Source: an uncultured Candidatus Saccharibacteria bacterium (GTDB taxonomy: Bacteria > Patescibacteriota > Saccharimonadia > Saccharimonadales > JBBQAJ01). Taken from it: a stretch of DNA of 64,000 bases. The position numbers were made by a program, and so were the translations under genes. Below are positions 8,779 through 16,220 of the stretch, piece by piece; the first letter of the stretch is position 1, and each line of letters starts with the position of its first letter. Below the pieces are notes generated by a model that saw nothing but the letters and a program-made list of their open reading frames with translations, was not told where the DNA came from and ran no database searches. The DNA lies in contig CAZQHP010000001.1 in the NCBI GenBank assembly GCA_964593805.1, forward strand, positions 64,091 through 128,090. The letters are read 5' to 3'.

Positions 8779-8870
8779 TAAAGGAAGAATCGACCAGAAG
8801 TTGGAGTAAGGGCAAAGACTTTTGCACTTACGGAAGCTGACCGTCGGTTCTGACGTGGAGGGTAACAACT

Positions 8871-9353
8871 ATGGCTCGAAGAAGCCGAGACGAAGATTTG
8901 TTGATGGAAGATGAGTTAACCGCAGCGTTTTTGGGCGAAGAAGATTTTGGCCCTGCGACTGATGACCAAACCGCTCCTACTGGTACTGCAACCGCAACTG
9001 CTGATGACTGGGAAGAAGAAGACGCCGTGCCCGGGCAACTGGCGGTAGATGTTTATGAAACCAAAGAACGCCTGGTAGTAAAAGGCCGCGTGGCCGGCGT
9101 AAACAAAAGCGACCTGGACGTCAGCATTGCCGACAATACGCTGAGCATTCGTGGCACGCTTTCCGCCGGCAACGAAGACGACGTAGAGAATTATTTTGTA
9201 CAAGAATGTTACTGGGGCGAATTCAGCCGTAGCATAGCTTTGCCCGTTCCGGTCAAAGAAGACGAGATTGAAGCCGTCCTAAAAGATGGCGTGCTGACAA
9301 TTAGCTTTACCAAAGTTAAGCAAGACAGCGTCAAAAAGATCCAAGTCCTTTAA
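8871..9353 (+). CDS. Hsp20/alpha-crystallin family small heat-shock protein
   Basis: Alpha-crystallin domain pattern (LAVDVYETKERLVVKGRVAGVNKSDLDVSIADNTLSIRG ... GEFSRSIALPVPV ... AVLKDGVLTISF). SD GGAGGG lies upstream. Confidence 0.88.
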   Translation: MARRSRDEDLLMEDELTAAFLGEEDFGPATDDQTAPTGTATATADDWEEEDAVPGQLAVDVYETKERLVVKGRVAGVNKSDLDVSIADNTLSIRGTLSAGNEDDVENYFVQECYWGEFSRSIALPVPVKEDEIEAVLKDGVLTISFTKVKQDSVKKIQVL

Positions 9354-9382
9354 GCTGAAAGCTTAAAGCTAAAAGTCAAAAG
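9352..9382. repeat. Left arm of the inverted repeat enclosing the four-helix-bundle gene
   Basis: AAGCTGAAAGCTTAAAGCTAAAAGTCAAAAG. The 18-nt core at 9365-9382 is the exact reverse complement of 9743-9760. Confidence 0.85.
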
Positions 9383-9390
9383 AGAAGACA

Positions 9391-9726
9391 GTGCGATTTG
9401 AAGATATAGTGGTTTGGGAAAAAGCCCGTGAACTTTGTAACGAAGTGTATCGGGCTTTTTCTGTTTGCAAGGATTTTGCGTTTCGCGACCAGATACAGAG
9501 GGCAGCCGTTTCGGTTATGAATAACATTGCAGAGGGCGCTGAACGTGCCACAGACAAAGAGTTACGACAATTTTTACATATTGCCAAAGGTTCTTGTGGT
9601 GAAGTCAGGTCGATGCTGTTTTTGGCTAGCGATCTTAAATATATCCAAGAGGCGGAATTCACACAACTTTTCGAGCGGTCAGAAGAAATCTCAAAAATGC
9701 TTGCCGGATTTATCAAAAAGCTCTAA
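9391..9726 (+). CDS. Four-helix-bundle protein (23S rRNA intervening-sequence protein / Avd-like family)
   Basis: Family pattern: VWEKARELCNEVY...FRDQIQRAAVSVMNNIAEGAER...FLHIAKGSCGEVRSML. Start codon is GTG. Confidence 0.85.
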   Translation: MRFEDIVVWEKARELCNEVYRAFSVCKDFAFRDQIQRAAVSVMNNIAEGAERATDKELRQFLHIAKGSCGEVRSMLFLASDLKYIQEAEFTQLFERSEEISKMLAGFIKKL

Positions 9727-9742
9727 CCATTTCTGATCAGAG

Positions 9743-9773
9743 CTTTTGACTTTTAGCTTTTGACTTTGAGCTT
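9743..9773. repeat. Right arm of the inverted repeat enclosing the four-helix-bundle gene
   Basis: CTTTTGACTTTTAGCTTTTGACTTTGAGCTT. It matches the reverse complement of the left arm at 27 of 31 positions. Confidence 0.85.
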
Positions 9774-9774
9774 G

Positions 9775-10206
9775 TTATTCAGTGGCCTTGGCAAGAACAA
9801 ATTTGACTACAACCTGAGCTAGTGCAACCACAACCAAGCCAATTATGGCGTACAGAATGGTGTTTTTGGCACCAGTTATGTTGCCGCTATCTCCACCAGA
9901 TGTAATGTACTTCAGACCACCAATGATAATCATGATGACCGAAACCACGCCCACGATTAGAGAAAATACATTGATAACCAGTTTTATGATTTGATCAACT
10001 CTACCGCCAGCTGCTGTGACGTCTGGTTGCGTACAAGTACTCGTACCAGCAGTTACCCCGCTAGTGCTGAGATCAACACCACAAGCTATCCCGCCGCTCA
10101 CGTCGTCAGTTGCTGCGTATACAGTTGCGACCGACATAGTAGCCGGCGCCAATAATAACGTTGCTAGTGATGCCGTTGTTAATAGTTTTTTTAGCTTTTT
10201 AATCAT
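9775..10206 (-). CDS. VirB2/TrbC-type T4SS pilin-like protein, paralogue 6 (last in operon)
   Basis: Signal peptide, a variable region with 2 Cys, then the conserved hairpin IMIIIGGLKYITSGGDSGNITGAKNTILYAIIGLVVVALAQVVV. Confidence 0.8.
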   Translation of the reverse strand: MIKKLKKLLTTASLATLLLAPATMSVATVYAATDDVSGGIACGVDLSTSGVTAGTSTCTQPDVTAAGGRVDQIIKLVINVFSLIVGVVSVIMIIIGGLKYITSGGDSGNITGAKNTILYAIIGLVVVALAQVVVKFVLAKATE

Positions 10207-10270
10207 TTTGGGGTGTGACCTTTCTTAAATTCTCTATCATTTATACCACAAACGCTTTATCAGATTCAAG

Positions 10271-10720
10271 CTACGGCGTGCAGCTAGTGGTCACTTTGCC
10301 GCCGCATTTAGGTAGAGCTGTTGATTTGGCGAGCACAAACTTTACTATCACCTGAGCCATAACAACTACCACCAAGCCGACTATGGCATAGAGAATGGTG
10401 TTTTTGGCGCTGGCAGTGTTGGAGCCTTCGCCTTGAGATAATATGTATTTGAGACCACCGACGATAATCATAATTATTGCCGCAACGCCTACAATCATGC
10501 TGAACACATTGATAGCTAATTTGAGAGTATTGTCCACATTTGGTCCGGGGACGGCAGTGTCACAATTGCCACTGTTGCCGGTACTGGCCTGCACTAGCGC
10601 CTCGCAGGCTTGGCTTTTGGGGTCAATCTGGGCGGCACGTACCTGTTTGCCAGAAAAACTTAGAAGGGTCGCCGTAAATACAAGTCCAATTACTGCAATA
10701 TGTATGATTCGTTTTAGCAT
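10271..10720 (-). CDS. VirB2/TrbC-type T4SS pilin-like protein, paralogue 5
   Basis: Signal peptide, 2 Cys in the variable region, hairpin IMIIVGGLKYILSQGEGSNTASAKNTILYAIVGLVVVVMAQ, and an extra C-terminal Cys pair (PKCGGKVTTSCTP). Confidence 0.8.
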   Translation of the reverse strand: MLKRIIHIAVIGLVFTATLLSFSGKQVRAAQIDPKSQACEALVQASTGNSGNCDTAVPGPNVDNTLKLAINVFSMIVGVAAIIMIIVGGLKYILSQGEGSNTASAKNTILYAIVGLVVVVMAQVIVKFVLAKSTALPKCGGKVTTSCTP

Positions 10721-10732
10721 TTCATCCTCATT

Positions 10733-11149
10733 TTACAATCTACTGACTGCCAAAGCTACTACAGCCCGAGCTATCACCACGATTACCAGCCCAATTACGG
10801 CAAACATTATAGTGTTTTTGGCCTTGTTTACCTTAGCACTGTCTCCGCTAGAACGTACATATTCAAACCCGCCAACTATTATGACAACTACGGCCGCTAT
10901 GCCGGTAATAAGCGCGAATATATTGGCAATCCTGGTTATCACGCCGTCCGTGCCGGTAATGGGGTTAGAGCCATCCGTAGAACAAACAACCGACTTCTGG
11001 CTTTGGCCGGTACTGTCGACTGCTTGCGGACAATCCTGTTTGACTTGACCAAATGGATCAAAGGCTGCTGCGCGGCTACCCGAAAAACCTATCACCAAGA
11101 ACAGAAAGGCTACGAACGATAAGCAAGCGGCAATTACGTATCTTTTCAT
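10733..11149 (-). CDS. VirB2/TrbC-type T4SS pilin-like protein, paralogue 4
   Basis: Signal peptide, 2 Cys in the variable region, hairpin VVIIVGGFEYVRSSGDSAKVNKAKNTIMFAVIGLVIVVIA. Confidence 0.8.
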   Translation of the reverse strand: MKRYVIAACLSFVAFLFLVIGFSGSRAAAFDPFGQVKQDCPQAVDSTGQSQKSVVCSTDGSNPITGTDGVITRIANIFALITGIAAVVVIIVGGFEYVRSSGDSAKVNKAKNTIMFAVIGLVIVVIARAVVALAVSRL

Positions 11150-11153
11150 TAAC

Positions 11154-11444
11154 TTATATTATGGCCCTTAGGAACACATTCACTATACCAAAAGCGCTGA
11201 AGGCAATCACCAAGCCAATCAGAGAATACATGATGATGTCTTTGGCTTTGCCCAATTTGTCCGGCTCCCCCTGCGATATCACGTACTTAAAGCCGCCATA
11301 CACCACACTGATAAACGCAATCCCCGCTAGTATGCCAAAAATCACATTGAATATAACTATAACCAACTTAGAATCTAGGCCAGCCTTTGGTAATGGACTT
11401 GTATCTATTGGTAATGCTGCAAGCAGTGCAAATATCAGCCCCAT
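11154..11444 (-). CDS. VirB2/TrbC-type T4SS pilin-like protein, paralogue 3 (minimal, 96 aa, no Cys)
   Basis: Hairpin ISVVYGGFKYVISQGEPDKLGKAKDIIMYSLIGLVIAFSA. The ATG abuts the upstream stop (TAG ATG). Confidence 0.78.
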   Translation of the reverse strand: MGLIFALLAALPIDTSPLPKAGLDSKLVIVIFNVIFGILAGIAFISVVYGGFKYVISQGEPDKLGKAKDIIMYSLIGLVIAFSAFGIVNVFLRAII

Positions 11445-11978
11445 CTAACCTCCTAATTTATTACCAATAAAAGCAACTAATGCCGTAGCGGTAACCACAA
11501 TACCAAGCCCGATTACCGAATTAACCAGAGTGGCCATAGCCGCTTCTATATTTTTGGGCTCGCCTTGGCTAGACATGTACTTATAGCCGCCCATAATTAT
11601 GAAGGCAACCGCAACCAACGCGCCCAAACGTAGCAAAATATCTATGATTGCCAAACCAATTTGTACAAGATGGTCGGTTAACTCACCGCCGATTATCCCG
11701 CATGTATTTTTAGTATTGTTACTGTCAATAAACGGATTGTCGGAAACTACTTCGCCATAGTCATCCCCAAAATATTTGTACCAACCAGGTAGAATACCCA
11801 GCAGTTTGTAGTCCTTGTCACACTTTATAGACCCAGCTGGTGCGGCAAATGCTGACTGGGCTGGGAGTATGCCAGTTATTGCTGGCAGGGCGGCAAGTAC
11901 AAGCCCGGCAGTTACAATTATGGCCAAAAGGACAATCTGGCGTTTTATGCTTTGTGCCAGATATTTCAGATATATCAT
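11445..11978 (-). CDS. VirB2/TrbC-type T4SS pilin-like protein, paralogue 2
   Basis: I moved the start to the ATG at 11978, which forms an ATGA overlap with the upstream stop. There are 2 Cys in the variable region and the hairpin IIMGGYKYMSSQGEPKNIEAAMATLVNSVIGLGIVV. Confidence 0.78.
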   Translation of the reverse strand: MIYLKYLAQSIKRQIVLLAIIVTAGLVLAALPAITGILPAQSAFAAPAGSIKCDKDYKLLGILPGWYKYFGDDYGEVVSDNPFIDSNNTKNTCGIIGGELTDHLVQIGLAIIDILLRLGALVAVAFIIMGGYKYMSSQGEPKNIEAAMATLVNSVIGLGIVVTATALVAFIGNKLGG

Positions 11979-12643
11979 AATATGCCCCCTGGCAACAGCC
12001 ATTGGGCAACAGCAAACAGCAGGCCGTATCCTACCAAAGTTAAAATAGCACTGAAAATGAGTTTTTTAGCCTTTTCTACCGCACCCGGATCGCTACCAGC
12101 CATTGAGTACTTAATACCGCCCACAATAATCATGCCGGTAACTACTATCCCGATTAGTGCACTTAGAAGTTTGATTGCGGTATTGATGTAGGTGAATAAG
12201 CCGCAAGCAGTGCTTTCTTGGCCTGTACAGGCAGTCCCGTGGGGCTGAGCTATACAGTTTTGTTTTTGTTCCGTCGTCCAGTCTTGAAAATCATCTGGTA
12301 AAGCAGCACAATCTAAGGGAGGGGCGGTCGAGTTTGGGGTAATGGCCGTGGGCAGAGGCGGTGGATTGCCAGTTGTATCGGTAAAATGCGCGTCTACTTG
12401 TCTCACACATTCAGCTATCGCATTATTATTGCCAGTGTTCGTCTCATAGCACGCCACGTTATATTTGTCTCGCTTGGAGCTTATGCAGTTTGCGATTTGG
12501 GTTGCGCCAGACCTGGGGTCGTCGCTACAAGTACCATGATCTGCTGACGCGGTTTGGCGACTCGGCGCAACAAACAGGGCAGACACAACTGCAACCAGAA
12601 CCACCAGCGCAAAAATTAATTTTTTGTGTTTTATTGATAACAT
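11975..12643 (-). CDS. VirB2/TrbC-type T4SS pilin-like protein, paralogue 1 (largest, 8-Cys ectodomain)
   Basis: Signal peptide, a roughly 140-aa variable region with 8 Cys, then the hairpin MIIVGGIKYSMAGSDPGAVEKAKKLIFSAILTLVGYGLL. Confidence 0.78.
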   Translation of the reverse strand: MLSIKHKKLIFALVVLVAVVSALFVAPSRQTASADHGTCSDDPRSGATQIANCISSKRDKYNVACYETNTGNNNAIAECVRQVDAHFTDTTGNPPPLPTAITPNSTAPPLDCAALPDDFQDWTTEQKQNCIAQPHGTACTGQESTACGLFTYINTAIKLLSALIGIVVTGMIIVGGIKYSMAGSDPGAVEKAKKLIFSAILTLVGYGLLFAVAQWLLPGGIL

Positions 12644-12829
12644 TTAACTAAACTATAATATCACTCCTTGCAAAAAACAAGGCTCTGCGCTACGACTCTG
12701 GCTTTAATTTGCAATGTGCGGATTCGCTTCAACCAAAGATTACGATTGCGCCTAAAAGTCGCAAACGACCTCTTGGCCAAGCCAAAGCTATCTTGTTTAT
12801 GGCTAGATTTTTTGCTTATATATAGGCAA

Positions 12830-15800
12830 ATGTATCGCAAATTGGTATCTCTTGTAGGCAGTGGGCTGATTTTGGTTTCAGTCTTTATGTCGCTGTTCGC
12901 TGCCGTACGCCCCATGCAGGCAAGCGCTACTTCGACGGAACCGCAGGACGAACAGAGGAGACTACTCGTTGCGTTTAAGTACTGTCTGAGCGATCAAAAA
13001 ATTGACGAAAGCGACAATGGCAACCCGGCTGAAGACTTTGCTGATATGTGGGATGGTGGCATTGATGGCTATAAGAAAGAGGACGTTGTGGTTGGGTTTG
13101 AACTTGAGGGTGATAACGGTGTTAAATCTTGTGAAACGAGCATTTTACCGGGGCTAAAAATTCTGGAACCTCAAATAACTACACCGGGTGCGGCCGAAAC
13201 TCGTTTGTTTGCTTTACTGGCCAATTCCGATGGGAAAGTTTTTAGAGCAAATAGGGATAAATTGGTCGCAAGAATAGACGACCAGATTAAATCTATGGGC
13301 TCCGACCCTAGGAAGGCATTTACCGCAAATCGCCTATCGCCGCTTATCACGCTTTGTTACGACATTAAAATAGACAAACCCTCCTACGAAGCGACAAATC
13401 AAAACTTTAGAGCTAAGTTCTTGGGAACACAATACTTTTTTGAGCACAAAAGCGATGCCGACGATGATAGCTATAAATGGCTCAAACAGGGGGCTATTGG
13501 GGAGAATGTTTTTCTGGGCGATATAAAACTAGGTTTTGAGTCATCGAAAAACGCGATAGGTAAGGGTGATTGGGATTCATTTGAAAGTGATTTCTACCCT
13601 TTTGGTTCGGACTTACAAAGTTTTACTAGTGGGCATGCCGGCAACAATGGTATTCTGGACTGTAAATTCATAAAAGAAAAAATGGAATCAGGCTTTTTCA
13701 CGGATGATGTTATATCTTCTGTGGATATAGATAAAGACATTGTAATAATTGGCGTAGACACCAACGGCGACGGCAAAGCCGATGTGGCACTTGATCCCGT
13801 AACCGTAGCCAGCGTAGATGCAGGTGGCGACACGCACGTGGATTGTCAAACTGGCGGGCTTTCTTTGAACCCTTTTACGCTAGCTGATAACGCCATTAGC
13901 TGGTTGCTGTGCCCTTTGCTTGATGGCGCTCAGGCGATTGTAAACACGGTTGGCGGCTGGGTGGTGGACCAGTTGGAATTTGATGTGGATCAATACCTTG
14001 TAGGACCGACAACCGATAAGAACGATGCAGAAATTTTCCCAGTCAAAGACGCCTGGAATGCCTTCAGGGTTATTTCGCTTTCACTCGTAATACTCGTGGC
14101 GCTGGCTGGCATATTAATGGGGAGTTTTATAGACGCTTATACTATAAAGAAGATACTGCCGCGCATGCTTATAGCCATAATTGCTATTTCGCTGTCGTGG
14201 GATCTGTTGGTGCTTGTTATAAGAATTACTAACTCGCTGGGTATTGCCGTCAGGTCAATGATAGATTTGCCATTCAATAGCCTGAACAATGCCGCCATAA
14301 ACCCGCTGGTTATTTTGGGTGGAGCAGGTGCCGCTACCGGGCTAACGACTATTTTGGGAGCACTAAGTCTTATTGGAACCGCGGCGCTGGCGGTACTTTT
14401 TGCGTTTATTTTCACGATACTGCGAGTTGGAGCAATCATTGCTTTGGTAATCTTTGCGCCGATAGCAATATTGTGCTGGATACTTCCAGGCACGCAAAAA
14501 GGCTGGAATTTCTGGCAAGAGGGCTTGATGGGAGCTTTGCTCATGTTCCCGATAGTAACGGCATTTTTGTCAATTGGTTCCGCTTTTGGGAAAATAATTT
14601 ATAACATTGAACCCAATAGCCCGCTCAACCAAACCATTGCCCTTATAGCCACCTATGCGCCATATTTCTTGATTCCCAAAGCCTTTAGCATGGCAGGCGG
14701 TATAGTTGGCAACCTTTCTGGCCAGCTAAATGATCGTGGTCGTGGCGCCTTTGACCGCCTCAAAAAATTCCGCCAAGACCAAGGCCAAAAACGCTGGGGT
14801 GATATCAAGGGTGGCAGATACTTTCACGGCGGCAATAAGGATAGTTTTAGAAGAAGAGTTAGTGGCATCGCACAAGGCGCCTCATTATTGCCTAATGCCG
14901 GACTTGGTCGCGATACAAGTAAATGGAAGGGTAAGTTGGATGACGCACGGTCCGTAGCCAGCCAAACCTATGCGTCAAAGGCTACGCAAGATGACGCCGC
15001 GAAGCTAGCTAGAGACAAAGATGACGCTATTATGAGAGCATTCATAGAATCTGGAGGTGACTTAGATGAAGCTGAAAAAGTATTAGTATCTAGTCAAGGT
15101 ACCGCCGATCTTTACGGTGGAGGTAAAAAAGCAGATGGAACATTATGGGAAGAAGGGACTGAGGCGTATAAACAAAACTGGGAGGCAAATAGAGGAGCTC
15201 GTGAATCTGCGTTACGTGGAATAGAGGCACTTAAAAAAGATTATGGCGCAGATACCGCAAAGCTTATAGCGGCAAGAACTCTTTTCAGGAGCTCGACCGC
15301 GTTTTCTTACGAGAATGGATTTGGTGAAATGGCGGAAATAATCAGAAAAGTAGCCACCAAGAGCGATGGTACAGTTGATACGCTTTTGGCTACACAGTTA
15401 CTTGAGGAAGGAAACGCTGCTCAAAATGCCGCTGGACGAAACGATGTGGGAGGTGCTAGCTTCTCTGTAGGTATAAAAGCAATTAACAATGTTGGTCGTC
15501 AAAAGATTAATGCTGACGGAACTCTATCCACTGAAATATATACTTCTCAAGATGCCACGCATGATGCTTGGGAATCTGCTTTTGGCGGCAAACCACCAGA
15601 CGAGGTCTTCCGAGGTGGGAAAAAGAAAAATGGTCAAGCAGTTTCTGGTTATTTGTATGGGTATACAGATGGTGCGGGCAATCATCACAAGGGTGAGGTA
15701 GAGATTCGGATGGAAAAACTTCAAGCAGATACCAGTCTAACTGAAGAACAGAGAGCTCAAGAAGCAACTCGCATATTGCAATGGGAAGAATCGTATCATG

Positions 15801-16192
15801 TTGCTGCATCTCGCTCTTCTGCTGATATTCGCGAAGTTATGGGTGCATCTTTCGGTGAAAAGTTTGATCATGATCTGTTGCCTCCAGAAATGCGTGAGAA
15901 AATCTTTACTAAACAAGTACCTGTTTTGCGGAATGGCGTCCCAGTAATGAAACAAGATCCAACTAAGCCAAAAGGGTTCATGATACCCGAAACAACTACT
16001 CAGTATGATCCAGATCTTGAGCTAACTCGTGTTGAGGTATTTGATAAACTTCGTGGTACCAAAGAATGGCAATTATATGCCAAAGAGTATGGGTATGCGG
16101 CGGCGGCGGCAGGAGCTAATGTCGCTGTTGCAGGCATAGAACCACCCCCAGTTGATCCAGGAGCTACTGGTGCAGGCGGAGGAGCACCTTAA
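12830..16192 (+). CDS. Giant VirB6/TrbL-like polytopic T4SS membrane protein (about 1120 aa) with large N- and C-terminal extensions
   Basis: I moved the start to the ATG at 12830 (MYRKLVSLVGSGLILVSVFMSLFAAVRPMQASA is a signal/anchor). The central block has at least 6 hydrophobic helices (AFRVISLSLVILVALAGILMG ... IALIATYAPYFLIPKAF). A hydrophilic tail of about 480 aa ends in an Ala/Gly/Pro-rich stretch. Confidence 0.7.
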   Translation: MYRKLVSLVGSGLILVSVFMSLFAAVRPMQASATSTEPQDEQRRLLVAFKYCLSDQKIDESDNGNPAEDFADMWDGGIDGYKKEDVVVGFELEGDNGVKSCETSILPGLKILEPQITTPGAAETRLFALLANSDGKVFRANRDKLVARIDDQIKSMGSDPRKAFTANRLSPLITLCYDIKIDKPSYEATNQNFRAKFLGTQYFFEHKSDADDDSYKWLKQGAIGENVFLGDIKLGFESSKNAIGKGDWDSFESDFYPFGSDLQSFTSGHAGNNGILDCKFIKEKMESGFFTDDVISSVDIDKDIVIIGVDTNGDGKADVALDPVTVASVDAGGDTHVDCQTGGLSLNPFTLADNAISWLLCPLLDGAQAIVNTVGGWVVDQLEFDVDQYLVGPTTDKNDAEIFPVKDAWNAFRVISLSLVILVALAGILMGSFIDAYTIKKILPRMLIAIIAISLSWDLLVLVIRITNSLGIAVRSMIDLPFNSLNNAAINPLVILGGAGAATGLTTILGALSLIGTAALAVLFAFIFTILRVGAIIALVIFAPIAILCWILPGTQKGWNFWQEGLMGALLMFPIVTAFLSIGSAFGKIIYNIEPNSPLNQTIALIATYAPYFLIPKAFSMAGGIVGNLSGQLNDRGRGAFDRLKKFRQDQGQKRWGDIKGGRYFHGGNKDSFRRRVSGIAQGASLLPNAGLGRDTSKWKGKLDDARSVASQTYASKATQDDAAKLARDKDDAIMRAFIESGGDLDEAEKVLVSSQGTADLYGGGKKADGTLWEEGTEAYKQNWEANRGARESALRGIEALKKDYGADTAKLIAARTLFRSSTAFSYENGFGEMAEIIRKVATKSDGTVDTLLATQLLEEGNAAQNAAGRNDVGGASFSVGIKAINNVGRQKINADGTLSTEIYTSQDATHDAWESAFGGKPPDEVFRGGKKKNGQAVSGYLYGYTDGAGNHHKGEVEIRMEKLQADTSLTEEQRAQEATRILQWEESYHVAASRSSADIREVMGASFGEKFDHDLLPPEMREKIFTKQVPVLRNGVPVMKQDPTKPKGFMIPETTTQYDPDLELTRVEVFDKLRGTKEWQLYAKEYGYAAAAAGANVAVAGIEPPPVDPGATGAGGGAP

Positions 16193-16220
16193 ACAACCAA
16201 AGATGTATACTTACTGATAT

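Noticed and set aside
10443-11448. Plus-strand ORFs of 201 aa and 131 aa antisense to the pilin array
   Set aside because: They are mirror images of hydrophobic pilin coding sequence. The minus-strand genes have signal peptides, conserved family motifs and coupled junctions, while the plus-strand frames have none.
12661-12915. The minus-strand 84-aa ORF and the 54-codon N-terminal extension of the VirB6-like ORF (track start 12668)
   Set aside because: Both lie in the divergent promoter spacer. The extension translates to Arg/Leu-rich low-complexity sequence, whereas the ATG at 12830 begins a proper signal/anchor peptide.
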